NCBI GenBank assembly: GCA_964016885.1
Contig: OZ024741.1
Coordinates: 91,140,001 to 91,204,000 of the forward strand
Source: Eledone cirrhosa
Lineage: Eukaryota
Reading direction: 5' to 3'
Length of the DNA stretch: 64,000 nucleotides
Both the position numbers and the translations under genes were made by a program. The notes beneath the pieces were generated by a model. It saw nothing but the letters and a program-made list of their open reading frames with translations. It searched no databases and was not told the origin of the DNA. This document shows, piece by piece, positions 28,111-42,082 of this stretch (position 1 is its first letter; each line of letters starts with the position of its first letter).

Positions 28111-30530
28111 CAGCTGCATTTATCTTGCTTTATATTCATACGAGTTATCACCAAGTCACAACCAGTGACCTCAAGAGACAACAAGGTCCGCCATGTTCAA
28201 GAAAGAACATACATACTCACACATGCATCTTTAGTTTTTAGACTTGTGATGTACTTATATTGACAGAATCTTCCTTAGTATATGGGCAGTTCCCATTAGT
28301 ACTATCTTTTGTATTTCTCCTATACGCGAGTTTCCTGGGATTTGCGATAAGTAATCATTAGACCCCTTAGGTATCATTCCTAGAGCACCTACAACCACTG
28401 GTATTGTTTTAGTTCTCAATTTCCACATTTTTCCAATTTCTATCTCCAGGTCCTTATACTTGCTCAATTTTTCAAATGTTTTTATAGATACATTCTTGTC
28501 TATTGGAACGGACATATCAATTAGCAGGCATACCCTCTTTTTAAAGTCCTTCAATATTATATCATGTCTATTTGCATCTATTTTTCGGTCTGTTTGGATG
28601 CTAAAGTTCCACAAGATTGAGATGTGATCTTTTTCAAGTATGGGAGGTGGTTGATGCTCCCACTAATTCTTTCGATGGGGCAGGTCAAAATGCTTACACA
28701 TTATCCAATGTATGTATTGTGCAGCTCTGTCATGCCTGTTTAGGTATTCGGTTGGAGCTATAGGACTGCACATTGAAATTATATGGTCAATGGTCTCTGG
28801 TTGTTTTTTACATACACGGCATAATGGGCTGCATCCATTTTTTATTATGTTGGCTTGGTAATTTTTTGTTGGCAGACACTGATCTTGTGCTGATATAATC
28901 AGTCCTTCAGTCTCCGATTTCAGTCCAGAGGATGCCAACCACTGATGGGTTAAAGTTTTGTCAACATCAGGATTGTTAGCTCGTTCTGGGTATTTTCCAT
29001 ACAGAGGCTTTTATTCCCATTTCTTAGCCAGTTTCTGTAGCAGTTCTTTCTTTGCAGTTACTTTTAACCTGCTTTGCTTTTTCTGTGTTTTCCATTTCAG
29101 CAGTAAATGGGACTTCTGAAATGTGTAGTCCATTACTCTATCTTTGTGCATCTTTTATAATGGAGTATGATCTTTTGATGCTTTCGTGTTTCAAAACGAG
29201 TTTGATCATCCAATCATGTGATTCCCTTAGATATGTAGATAATCCAATTGTTGCAGTTTTCAACGCAATATCTAACTGGATTAACCCACGTCCTCTTTCT
29301 TTCCTAGGGAGATATATTCTATCTGTATATGCCTTAGGGTGATGCATTCTGTGCATGGTTAAGAATTTTCGAATTTTTGTATCGAGCCTACGGATCTCTG
29401 TGCTTGACCAGTTGATGACATTGTAACTGTAGGTTACTATTGGTATGGCAAGCGTGTTTATGGCATCGATCCTATTCCTTGCATTCAATTCCGTTCTTAA
29501 GATTGCTCTTACTCTGCGGTAACATTCCTTCCTTATCCTTTCCCTCATTGTCGAGTGCTTGATTCCGTCTCCTTCACAAACACCTAGATATTTGTAAGTT
29601 TCCTCTTGATCAAGTTCTCTTATCACATTCCCTTGATCAAGATTAATGTCTGAACTTTTCAGCAGCTTTCCTCTGGTGAACGTTGCTTTGGCGCATTTAT
29701 CTAGTCCAAACTCCATTTTAATGTCATCACTGAACTGCTCCAATTGTTCATCATTTTTTGCAAATAGTTTCAGGTCATCCATGTAGAACAAGTGATTAAT
29801 GGTTTTGTCATAGACTTTATATCCATGTTTTGTTTCATTGAGCATTTTATTAATGGTATAAGTGCGATGCAGAATAAAAGCGGTGATAAAGAGTCACCCT
29901 GAAAAATTCCACAATTAATATTAACTTCTCCAGCTTCCAGTGATTTTTTTTCACTATTCAAAAGGAGTGTCGTTTTCCATGTCTTCATACTGACAAAAAC
30001 CTCCTGACAACGGGGGATATTTTGAAAATCTCTAAACATTTTTCAATCCAACTGTGTGGCAAACTATCGAATGCTTTTTTATAATCTATCCAAGTAATTG
30101 ATAGATTTTTGTGTCTATTATGACAATCTTCCAGTATCATTTTGTTAACCAAAAGCTGATCCTTACAGCCATATGAGCCTCGTTTACACCCTTTCTGCTC
30201 AATGGGAAATAGGTCATTTGTTATCAGGTGGTCATATGTATATTCAGTTAGGACTGATGTTAAAATTTTATACATTGTGGTCAAGCAAGTTATCGGTCTG
30301 TAATTTTGGGGATTGTTTGTCTCATCATTCTTCGGAAGCAGGAATGTAATGCCGTTAACTAGCCATGATGGTATCTTTTCTGGCTCCTTAACTATTTCAT
30401 TGTAAAGTTGGGCTAACAGCTCATGAGACTCTGTGAAGGCATTTATCCCAAAATTTTGTATTTTGTCTTTTCCTGGGGATTTCCATTTGCTGGTTTTTCT
30501 TAGAGCCAAACGCAACTGTTCAACTGTTAT
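28111..30530 (-). mobile_element. R4/Dong-like non-LTR retrotransposon family A (RT + CCHC + restriction-like endonuclease), 5'-truncated
   Basis: NYRPITCL, DYKKAFDS, GIFQGDSLSPLLF, YMDDLKL, CRVC..ETIDHIISMC, RHD, LIDMSVP...KYKDL. Flanked on both sides by (TAA)n. Confidence 0.9.
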
Positions 30531-30632
30531 TATTATTACGGGGTCGATAAAATAAAGTACCAGTAATGCACTGGGATAATTGCTGGCTTGTGCCAAAAGT
30601 AGAAACAATTATTATTATTATTATTGTTATTA

Positions 30633-31025
30633 CTCTTTGAGTCTCAGTCATTGATGTTAGTTAACTGGAAAGTTTGTTGAGATGAATATCAAGCCACTAC
30701 CTGCAGCCTCAGATATTCAGGACGTATCGGAGGGTTCTTGCTGTTCCCAGCAAGCATGCCTTTTGAAGTGTTCCAAAAAGCGTGAAGGGGCCAATTTTCT
30801 TTAACCATCCCTGGAAACTTTTTGAGATAGTCCCTAGTGCACCTATGACAATCGGGATCACTTTGACTTCATGGCAGTTCCAAATCCTTTTTACCTCCCA
30901 CTCTAAGTCCTGGTATCGGTTAATTTTCTCCCTCTCCTTCTCTTGCACTCTCGTGTCGAATGGGCAGGCCACATCCACAATCAGGCACGATCTTTTTTCT
31001 TTGTCCAAAACCACCAGGTCAGGTC

Positions 31026-31026
<1 letters not shown>
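30633..31026 (-). mobile_element. R4/Dong-like family B, short 5'-truncated copy
   Basis: ORF 30709..31014 (IVDVACPFD...RYQDL...PIVIGALG), near-identical to the 3' end of 31097-34252. Flanked by (TAA)n. Confidence 0.9.
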
Positions 31027-31083
<57 letters not shown>

Positions 31084-31096
31084 GTTGTTGTTATTA

Positions 31097-34000
31097 CTCT
31101 TTGAGTCTCAGTCATTGATGTTAGTTAACTGGAAAGTTTGTTGAAATGAATATCAAGCCACTACCTGCAGCCTCAGATATTCAGGACGTATCGGAGCGTT
31201 CTTGCTGTTCCCAGCAAGCATGCCTTTTTAAGCGTTCCAAAAAGCGTGAAGGGGCCAATTTTCTTTAACCATCCCTGGAAACTTTTTGAGATAATCCCTA
31301 GTGCGCCTATGACAATCGGGATCACTTTGACTTCATGGCAGTTCCAAATCCTTTTTACCTTCTACTTTAAGTCCTGGTATCGGTTAATTTCTCCCTCTCC
31401 TTCTCTTGCACTCTCGTGTCGAATGGGCAGGCCACATCCACAATCAGGCACGATCTTTTTTCTTTGTCCACAACCACCAGGTCAGGTCTATTGTGTTCCA
31501 GTTTCTTGTCCGTCTGTATCCTAAAATCCCACAGCACCTTCACCTTATCGTTTTCTATCACCGCCTCTGGCTTATGCTCATACCACTTCTCAGAATGTGG
31601 TAAATTGTTTACTTTGCATAGGTGCCAGTGGATCACCCTGCCCATCACATCATGTCTCCAGCCCTTATAGTGAGTCTGGGCTAGGTGTTTACACTCGGAT
31701 ACAATGTGAGCCACAGTCTCCTCTCTCTCTCCACAGATCCTGCACAGTGGGCTAGCCACCTCCTTGTAAATATGGTGTTTCAACCACTTCGTTTTGAGGG
31801 CCTGCTCCTGCGCAGCCATTAACATTCCTTCTGTAGCCTTTTGAAGGTCTCCTCTTTTCAACCAGTTCCATGTCTGTTGATCTCTAAATTCAGTTTTCTC
31901 AAAGAAGGTACTATGAAGGGATTTTTCCTGAAGGCTGCTCTTTCTCCTTGATGTTATTTTCTCCTTGGACATCCCTTGGCCTATTGTCCCCTCCTTCAGT
32001 ACAGTTCTGAGCATTGGCTCCTTACTATCAGTCACGTATTTGTGTAGGTTGTTTTTCTCCATCTGAACACAGTCCTCTATGCTGATAAGACCTCTTCCAC
32101 CTTCAGATCTCCTTAAGTAGAGTCTATCGACATCACTCCTCTTGTGGAACATGTTGTAGATAGTCAATAGCTTCCTAGTCTTCCTATCCATTTCTTTTTG
32201 TTCAGCAACATTCCATCTCAGAATTCCCGCACTGTACCTAATAATAGACACAGCTCGGGAATTTACTGCACTTATGGCATTCCTACTGTTCAGATGTGAC
32301 TTTAATACGCTCCTTACTCTCCGAATGTATTCAGTTCTTATCAATTCCTTCATTTTTTTGTTCTTGATGTCATCAGCCTCCAGAACGCCCAAATACTTGT
32401 ATCCTTCTTCAGAGTCAATTTCCTTTATCATCTCACCTGTTGGTACCTGGATTCCGTTACTTCTGCTCAACTTACCCCTCCTCATCACAATGACTCCACA
32501 CTTACTAATACCAAATTGCATACATATATCATTGCTGAAAATACGGACAATGTCAACAAGCACATCCAACTCCCTCTCACTCTTCCCGAAGAGCTTAAGA
32601 TCGTCCATGAAGAGGAGGTGATTGATGGTAAGCCCTCCCTTTCCCAACCTGTATCCTGCTCTCACTTTTCGCAGTACACTGGTCAGGGGCATCAGGGCAA
32701 GGACAAACAACAGAGGGGACAGACTATCTCCCTGGAACATACCTCTCTTGATCTTCACACTTCCCAAGGATTCTCCAGTTGATGTTAACTCTGTTTCCCA
32801 GGACTTCATACTTTTGCCCAACAACTGTCTGATGTTATCTGCCACCTGAAGATCTCCAGGCTTTTGGTGATCCAAGAATGAGGCACCATGTCAAATGCCT
32901 TTTTGTAGTCTATCCATCCCATGGCAAGACCAGTGTGTCTCCTCTTGCAATTCCTCATTACCATCTTATCAATAAGTAACTGGTCCTTTGTACCACGTGA
33001 CTTCTTTCGGCATCCTTTCTGTTCGTCCGGTAACTAGTTGTTTGTGTGGAGGTGATGGTAGATTTCCTCAGACATAATGCTTGTCAACAGTTTCCACATT
33101 ACGGACAGACATGTGATAGGTCTATAGTTGGTAACATCATTACCCTTGATTCGGTCTTTCATTATCAGAACTGTGGTACCTTTTGTCAACCACTCTGGTA
33201 CCTCACCTGACATCAAGCAGTCATTGAACATGGTTGTCAGTTTCGGGTGGAGGGATGTTATATTTTTAATCCAATACCCCTGCACACCATCTGGGCCTGG
33301 TGATTTCCAGTTGGTTAGTTTTTTGGCCTGCCCCTTAAGAGTTTCAACTGTGATACTCAAATCAGTTTGTTGGTGTGCCTGTTCACTAATCTCCTTCTGT
33401 ACTGTTTCAATCCACACTGCCTGGTCATTATGTTTAACATCCTGCTCCCATATTCCTCTCCAGAATGTTTTAGTTTGTTCCGCCTCAGGGATCAAGTCGT
33501 TGCCTCTTTCTTTCCCTTCAAGCTGTCCAAACAGCATCTTCTGGTTGTTGTCGAACATGCGGTTCTGTTTATACTGACTGACTCTGTTCTCGTATCGCCT
33601 GATTTTTGCACTCTTTGCTACAATGCGTTGCTTCAGTTCCTCTATGATAATATTTAGCTTTTTCCTCCTAGTTTTGTACTTTATTTCCAGTCTATTTTTA
33701 GTGTCTATGTCTTTTAGTGTCTCATTCAGTAGGGACTCAAGCTTTCCAATGTCATTTCTCATTTCCCTGATTTGACCACTCAGTCGTTTCTTCCACCAAG
33801 GCTCTGCTCTTTCTTGTCTGTTGTTTCCTCTCGCTTTTATACCAAGTAGTTTCCTCACCATATTTGCTGTTTCTTTGAGGATATTGTTGCACTGGTGAAG
33901 GCTCCTCGCCTCAAGGTATGGGATGACTTTGTTTACCTTAGCTGTTGTTTCTTTTAACTTTTTCCTGTCTACAAATCTTAGGTTCATAGGTCTCCCTCTA

Positions 34001-34252
34001 TCATTGTTCAATTCATCTACCACTAAGTTTAGGATATCAACCAAATCTTGTTCTAGCCCATCAGCATTCATCTCCTCAGTGGCCGTATCTCTGTTCCAGG
34101 TATTATTTATCTCAGCATTCAGATCATTGTCTGCTTCGGGTGGTTCCTCCGTTCTCTCGACCTCTTCACCTTCATTTCCCACTGGCTCGTTTGTTTGTCA
34201 TACTCCACTCTCCATCTCCAAGCTAATCTCTCTGCTCAGTTCCTCCAGTTCA
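31097..34252 (-). mobile_element. R4/Dong-like family B, long copy
   Basis: ORFs 33034..34182 and 31367..32875: SPGPDG, NYRPITCL, QGDSLSPLLF, FMDDLKL, YKYLG, CRIC...HIVSEC, RHD, RPDLVV. (TAA)n at both ends. Confidence 0.93.
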
Positions 34253-34291
<39 letters not shown>

Positions 34292-34299
34292 GAATGCTA

Positions 34300-37200
34300 T
34301 GGTTGACGGAGGCTCGGCTCTGTAAGGTATTGTAAATTTTGACCGCTATAACAATTGTAAATTGTTTAAAACTTTAACCAACTTGTAGACAAAAACACCC
34401 TCCTCCTCGTGAGAGGGGTCTTTCTGCCTGTTATTTGGCCCTTCGGGGTCAAATAACCGCTTATTGGGGTTTTGTGCCCAATATTTATTTTAAACAAAAA
34501 AAACAACATGGCTACGAAAAAGAATTTTCATAGATCACTCCCACTCATTCCGTCTTTTTCTTTCTCAATCGTCACTACAGCAGAGAGAAGATTGTCTCTC
34601 TCCCTTTCTTCTCTAAATGTGTCTCTCCCCCTCCCTTCTCTTTCGCAAGCGACGCTGAAAAAGAAAAATCACGTGCAAAGCGTGCAAGATTTCTCCACGA
34701 CGACGACGACAACGACGAAAAAGGTATGCGGGAAATACGAAAACCCATTTCATTCGTCTGACGTCAGGAATAATAGCAGTAGCAGCCGTAATAACAGCAG
34801 CAACAGTGACAAGGAAAACAACAGCAGCAGCAGCATAAACAACAACAGCATTAGCAGCAACAACAACAGCAGCAGCAACAAAAACAACAACCACAGCAAC
34901 AGCGGTGGCGGCAGTAGTCGTAGTACCTGCAGCAACAACAAAAGTAACAGCAGCTCTGACGACAACAACAACAACAACAGCAGCAAAGAAAAAACAATCT
35001 CGTTTGCAGGTATCGCAAAGAACCTGGAAACCATCCTCATAACAAATGAGGAATTAGAGGAAGCGAAGAAGATGGTGACAAAAACTGGACACCGAGCAAT
35101 CTGCAAGGCAGCCGAAAAACTTTTCGAAACCCAACAGCACTGTACGGTCACGTACCGTACAGTAAGTACAAAATCACGTAGGGTTGAAAGAGCCACAGAG
35201 GCTCAAATACAAAAAGCCTTGGGGTCTGTGTGGCAGCGGAAAACGCACATCACCCGAGGCAAGAAATATGCCACCGTAGACGTACTTTTTGCCACACCCC
35301 AGGAGGCAAAGGCTCAATCCTTAGTGACCCTAAGGAGCGAGGAAATGGTGTTGGTGCCCTCCTACTGCGGGCAAAAAATTGTGAGGGTCAAACTGACCCA
35401 GGTCCCCCCCCCCCCCCCGGGATGGCCCCTTCTTGGCTAGCCGCGTCTGTCCTCGTCGGAATCGAGGACAAAACAACTGTACTGCAACTACAGAAAAAAG
35501 TAAGAGAAGATTGGGTCGGCACCTCCATTGAGATGTTAATCCAAACCAACCAGGAGTGCATCGAAGCTATCCCGGATGTGATAGACTTCGATAACGGCAC
35601 TCAACTGCCCATAAGTGTTGAGGGCAAACGCCCGAAATGCTTTCGCTGTGGATCGAAGAATCACCTCAGGGCCTTCTGCAACGAGAAGACCCTGAGAAAG
35701 GAGAAAACCCCCCTCCTTCCGAAACCGGCTCCACGGCTACCAGCAACAGGACAAGCGGCAACCAGGAACGATAGGTCCGTGGCACCCATACCCACGCCAC
35801 GGAAATCAAAAACAGCAGCAGCAGTGGAAGTATTAACAACAACAACAGCAATACCAAATGCAGCTGCAACAGAGACTCCAGTGCAAACATCACCAACAAC
35901 AAGTGAAAGAGTGGAGCTGGTACCCCTCCCCGACCTCACATAATCACCACCACCACCCACATTAGCACCACCATCACCACCGGCGACAACCCCACCGCCA
36001 ACAACAACAACACCTTCAACACCACCACCACAAGCACCAACATCGCAAACACAACAACAAAACACACACACCCAGCAACAACGACAAGAAAATAGCAGAA
36101 CCCCACTCCACCCCCAGAAAAACAAATGCACGGCAATAAATACACACAACAAGAAACTAATGACTTACATAATTGAACACACAGACATTTCACAACACGA
36201 CTACATAATACCAGCACCAATCAAAACGCCAATTAACATAAGACTGCTAAAAATAGCACAGAAACAATACACAAACATTAAAACGAAATTCCCCAACGCA
36301 GTTGGTGATTTCAGAGACCTAGGAGGGACTCTCAACCGAAGAGTATATTCGGACATACTCATAGAAGAGCCGACGACCAGCCGAAGGGACGATTCAACGG
36401 TCCCTTCACCAGACGATCAAGGGAAAAGGGATGGAAAAACCATCCCTCCTCTACGAAAAGTACGGTAAGTGGTCTTTCCCATCTTTTCCACTCTATTTAA
36501 ACATGACCTCACTCAGAATAGGCAGCATAAATGCGCGTGGCTTGGGGTCGTCATGGAAGCAGGGTCACCTGCTCAACGACCTCAGGTCACTAAACATAGA
36601 TGTAGTGGCCATCAGCGAGACCAGAATCTCCGAAGCACGGGCCTTCGCACCGATCTTCGGTGGCTACGATGTGTACGCATCTCCCAGCCGTCCTGGATCG
36701 GGGGTGGAGTTGCTGTGCTTTTTCAGAGAGGTTTGGATCTCGCCATACGGGCCATCTTCCTGGACCCAGAGGGTAAGTTGGTGGTGCTGGACGTGACCAG
36801 CGGAGACAGGCAAGCTTTCAGGCTAGTGGCCGTCTATGCCCCGACAGGAGCAGGGCGGCCTGATTTCTTCCGGCGTCTGGAGACCTTTCTTGGAACGTCC
36901 CGCTCTTTAGTGTTAGTGGGCGACTGGAACGGGATCTTAGATGCACGCTGGGACTGTGTGGGATTAGCGGATAGGGGTGGAGGGTGCAAGAGCCTCACCA
37001 ACCTGCTCAGGCGTTTTGAATTGTCTGACAGGTACCGATTGGATTTCCCGAATGTGCCAATGTGGACTTGGACAAATCGCGTAGGGTCATCCAGATCATA
37101 TCTAGATAGAGTATTTTGTAGGAAAATAGATAGGTCTAGCATAGGCTGCCTACAATTCAAGATAGTCAGCTACACGGACCACAAATTCATGATCTGTGTG

Positions 37201-40200
37201 TTTGACTTAGGCTTCATAGACGAGGACCCGGCTACTGGAAGCTAAACGTGTCCTTACCAGCGCGCAAGGCCTACAGAGACCGGATTAGCGAACTAGTTAA
37301 GCGGGCGTTGACGGGGGCCATCGTCAACAACAAGTGGTGGTTTGCTCTGAAAAGAGCGATTAGAATAGAATCGATTAGGTTTAGTAAGGCTTTAGCAATA
37401 GAGAAAAATAGAGCAGAGGGAGAACTAGTTAAAAAATTAGACGAGGCGCTTAGCAAAGGCATTGCGACCGACGTGCTTGCGGCGAAATTGGCCCTTGACC
37501 AATTCTTTAATGCAAAGCACGAAGGTTGCGTTGTCAGAGCTAGGGTGCGTGCTCTCAGACACGAGGGGACGAAAGCCGTTCAATGGGCCCGAGTGGCGGA
37601 GGCGCGTCGTGGCAACAAAGCCACGATCCGGTCTTTGGTGGACCACGACGGGCGCATGCTACTCGACCCCGGGCAAATGTGTGAAGCTTTTCAGCGACAC
37701 TTCGCTCAGCTGTTCGGGAGCAGCGGTGGGCCGGGTCGAGGGATAGACTTTAGTGTCTACCTCGACGGACTGCCGCGGCTCTCGGCCACTGAGGCGGAGT
37801 GTTGTGAAAAGCCGATAACAGCCGCTGAAGTAAGGGAGGCAATGACTGGCTGCACAAGGGGTAAATCGCCTGGTTTGGATGGTCTGCCCTATGAACTTTA
37901 CGTACAGATGCCAGACTTGTTCGGAGGCCTCTTGGCGGACGTCTACTGCAACTGGCAACAGAACGAGAGAATTCCCAGTTCTGTGAGCCGAGGAGCGGTG
38001 GCACTTCTGAGAAAGGATCCGAACAAGGGGGATAACATAGATAATTTCCGGCCCATAACTCTGCTAAACACAGAGTTCAATAGTTTGGCCAAGGTGCTAG
38101 CAAAGAGGTTGGCGCTTGTCGTTGGTGGTCTGGTGGGAGAGGCGCAGAGATGCGCCATTCCCGACAGATCCATCCACGACAACCTCCACCTCATGCGATA
38201 CATCGTAGAGAGGGTAGCTAGGGAACCTGGCACGGGTGGGTCCTTGATCAATTTAGATCAGTCGAAAGCTTTCGATAGGGTCGACCATCGTTACCTAGCG
38301 GCAGTCCTGAGGGCGGCTGGCTTTGAGCCCGTCTTCAGAGGCTGGATCGCTGCCATGCACAGTGACATCTGCTCTGTGGTGAGAGTGAACGGTCACCTTT
38401 CGGAACCGTTCAACATCATGCGCTTGGTCCGCCAAGGATGTCCCCTCTCGTCCCTCTTGTACCTATTGACTCTCGAGCCATTACTGCACAAACTGGAGAC
38501 GTTGAGGGGCATCCCACGTGAACTAGGATGCGGAAGATCCGTGTCAGCATATGCGGACGATGTCACCGTAGTGGTGTCGAACGCCAAACACATCGAGGCG
38601 ATCGGCACTACACTAAGAGAATACGAAGCGGTGACAGGAGCAATGATCAACCAGGAAAAGTCAGTGGGCCTGCAGCTCGGCACCTGGAGAGGCAGGTCCA
38701 TGCCGTCCAATAGCATTGTCGGGTGCTGGACGGATGGACCGGTTAAATTGCTAGGGGTCTGGTTCGGTTCGGACCACCAGATGGACAAAAACTGGGACGA
38801 GGTGACGAGCAGGGTGGCTTCTCTCACCCAGAAATGGGCGGAGAGGAAGCTATCCCTGAAAGGTTGAGCGGAGGTGGCTAACGCGTACATCGCGTCTGTC
38901 ATCTGCTACCGCCTGACCGTCGTACCTTGTCCTAAGCCCCGCCTGACTGTGCTGGAGCGTTTGCTCTTTCGCTATTTGTGGAAGGGACGCGCTCCGATGG
39001 TCAGGCGGTCCATTTGCTGTCAACACCCGCTACGTGGAGGGCTGGGAATGCCGTGGCTGATGATGCGCAGACATGCGCTCAGGCTACGACATCTCCACCT
39101 CTTCCTCGATGGTGATCAGGTGTGGTCGCCATTTGCTAGACACGTATTTCCCCAGCTCGTTTCCTTGACGGAGCTGCAGTCCTGGGTCAAGCGAAGACCG
39201 AGAGGGAGCACCTGGAGACTGGAATGTCTTCAGCCGCTCACAGTCCTCGACCGATCGGGCAATGTGATCGGTGGAAACTCCACCTCGGCGTTCTATAGGA
39301 GATTAGTGGAGGGGAAGAGCAACGACGTACTTGGAGAAACTCTAGGCATCGACGAAAATCAACTAGCCAATCTCTTCGGAAGAACTTTCGGGCCAGGGCC
39401 TATGGACAACTTCCAGAAATCTCTGGCCTGGCAGTGCTACCGAGGAGCGTTGCCAGTTCGGGATAAACTCTACAGGCATGGAGGTGCCGTCAGCCGGGCA
39501 TGTCTGAGATGCGCGCAGGGCGACGAAACCGTCCTGCACGCACTCGTCCAGTGTCCGAGCATTGCTGACTTGTGGGTTTATGTCAAACACCTGCTGTTGC
39601 GTGTAGGACGGATCCGGCTATCATCTGAGTCCATCGTGAGGATTGCCCCGCCTTCTTCCTTTAGCCGGGAAGGGCAGGCAGTTTTTATCTGTCTGGTGGC
39701 CATGGCGAAAGAGATAGTATGGTGGACACGTTTGAAAGGGCTGAAGACGAGCACTTACCTCTTCGGTGATGCCCTGATTGACTTTTTCAAATTTCATTTG
39801 AAAAGGAAAATCAGAGTAGAGAGAAAAGTGCTCTCTTCCCAGCATTTTGTTGAAAGATGGGTGAGAGAAGCAAGAATGGCCCGAGTGAATGGGCCGACTC
39901 TGAGTATATATCTGTAAATTAAAGGTGGAAAACTGGGAGAGGGCACTTGCCTTGGTGGTCAGGGTCACTGTGGCCTTTTACTGGGCTTTCTCCACAAATG
40001 TCCCTCCGAAGTCTCCCCCCTATTGGGGAATTTTTCATTGTTATTTTTTGTTACATCCTCTGTTTTTGTTTTTACACTCAGAAATGCCCATTTGTACCGT
40101 ACTGTATTGTCCTGCACTGTCCTTAATGTCTACTTTATGTAAACCCTTGTGGTTAATAAAGAAATCATTCTTCTTCTTCTTCTTCTTCTTCTTCTTCTTC

Positions 40201-40251
40201 TTCTTCTTCTTCTTCTTCTTCTTCTTCTTCTTCTTCTTCTTCTTCTTCTTC
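34300..40251 (+). mobile_element. Tx1-clade (L1 group) non-LTR retrotransposon, near full length
   Basis: ORF1 from ATG 34508 with gag-type knuckle CFRCGSKNHLRAFC (frameshift in poly-C at ~35410). ORF2 from ATG 36503 to 39917: SINARGL, SETR, GDWN, DH, KSPGLDGL, FRPITLLN, KAFDRV, RQGCPLS, YADD, terminal CLRC..HALVQC; two frameshifts and one stop. AATAAA at 40155, (TTC)28 at 40168-40251. 5' boundary approximate. Confidence 0.92.
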
Positions 40252-41060
40252 AAAGAGTTGCAGGTACAGAGTCGTCAGGTACAGAGGATCCTATCCTATC
40301 AGAGCAGCCATCTTGAATTGATCTGGCTGAATCTCCAAGTGAGACGAACTCTGAGGCTGTGATCTCTTGATTCAGAAAAGTAGTGGCTCTACATGTAGTG
40401 ACTTCATGATTTCTGAGCTACACACCCTATTGAGTAATGTTACTGCCAAGACCATTTGGAGGAACCCCATTTTGGCTGCTTCTATTTGTAATTGTATTTT
40501 TTCAGTCATTACCAAAGATTCATGATAATAAGTAAGGGTTGGCACAAATACTGAATTGAAGATAGCAAGTTTGGCTTTTGCATGTACTGATAACTGAGTG
40601 AGGAAGTTAGCATATTACTGCACCAGCACCAGTAATTCATGAATTTAATTCAGCCTCCTGCCTTCCATCATTCTTGAAAATGGCCCCAAGATACTTGAAC
40701 TTCAGTTGCAGTGGAACTCCATTCACATACAAAGTGCACTGCACAGGCTTTCTTGAGAGAATGAAGGTGTCAGTCTTTGTAGCACTGATTTTCATTTCTG
40801 TTGTGCAGCACTCAGCAGCAAGCCTATCTAGTGCATGCTGGAGATGACCTTCCATTGAGTTAATTAGTACCATGTTGTCTGCAAATTCCAGCTGACTGAT
40901 CCTATAGCTGCAGATTTTGATTCCACTTCAAATGTGGTTGTGCATGCATGTCAATCCTGTTCATGAAGATTATGAAGAGGAGAGGTGTCAGAGTCCATCA
41001 TTCACATTGAATGGTTTAAACTTTGTACTATTTATTTGACCACAAATTCTATGGCATTTG
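40252..41060 (-). mobile_element. Old RTE-like LINE remnant
   Basis: ORF 40637..40873 has LQHALDRLAAEC..MKISATKT..FKYLG (RT motifs 6-7); upstream degenerate [10 protein letters not shown] and EFADNMVL. Confidence 0.6.
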
Positions 41061-42082
41061 TATAGGGATTTCAAGGTACATACATCATCATTTGCCTAAT
41101 ATATCAATGTATGTTTAAGAAGTTTGTTTTGCAACCATGTGGTTCCTTGTTTGGTCTTACAGTGTTTCACCTTGGTCAAGTTACTCCTATCATAGTGAAA
41201 TTATCTAGTAGATGGAAACTGAGCAGAAGCCAGTCATATATATATATATAATCCTTATATTTATGTCCAGTTCTCCATGCTGGCATAAATTTGAATGGCA
41301 TGTTTTGAGACAATGTTTTACAGTTGGATCCCCTTCTTGATGCCAACCTTTCTAGTTACCTCTTATGACACACAGGTATATATGGTACCTACTCTAAAAA
41401 CTGGGATATATCAAGTTTTATGAAATGGATTTTTGCAGAAGCCTATTTGTGTGCCATGATTCTGCTTTACTCTGCAGAGCCAAAATGGTTTACATATAGA
41501 AGGAGATCTGGATAACCAACGGGTGCAGTGAAACTAATGACAAAATAACCAGCAGGAAGGGGTTCCAAAGAGTCTTTACTGAAAATAGCTTCTCAGCATC
41601 TCTCACCAGACACCAGGATACCAACACCTTGTTAAGGAGGGCATTCACTGCAAGGGATAGTATATGTTATCTAAAACTGTCATTCTTCAATGAGAGAACC
41701 ACTGCTGCTATCTATCTGTAGGGAAGGTCTGAATGCACAACTGGTACATTCAGGACCTTCTCCGAGAAAACTATTCTTCAGAGTATATTTGCCATGAAGT
41801 AGTAATTTTTATAAAAGTAAGAGGTGTGTAACTTTGCATTGAATCTGTAGAACCTTAAATTGATGACCTACTTAGAATTTAGCTTTGTTGAGGGGTAATA
41901 CAATTCTATAAACCTTTGTTGATATTTGATTGACCATTACTTAACTGAGACATCAGAGAATACTACCAAAGTGATGATTCTCTTACTTTGTTAGCAACCA
42001 CAAGACAAAACGAGTGAATAAGTCTTGTTTTGTTACATGGTTGAATATTTTATGTTTTTATATTTTATGCTTGTATATTTTG

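Larger units (their letters stand above)
25722..28967 (+). repeat. Right arm of ~3.2-kb inverted segmental duplication
   Basis: Contains a MITE, calpain exon 2, SINEs and the 3' end of an R4-like element, all mirrored at 13732-16905. Confidence 0.9.
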
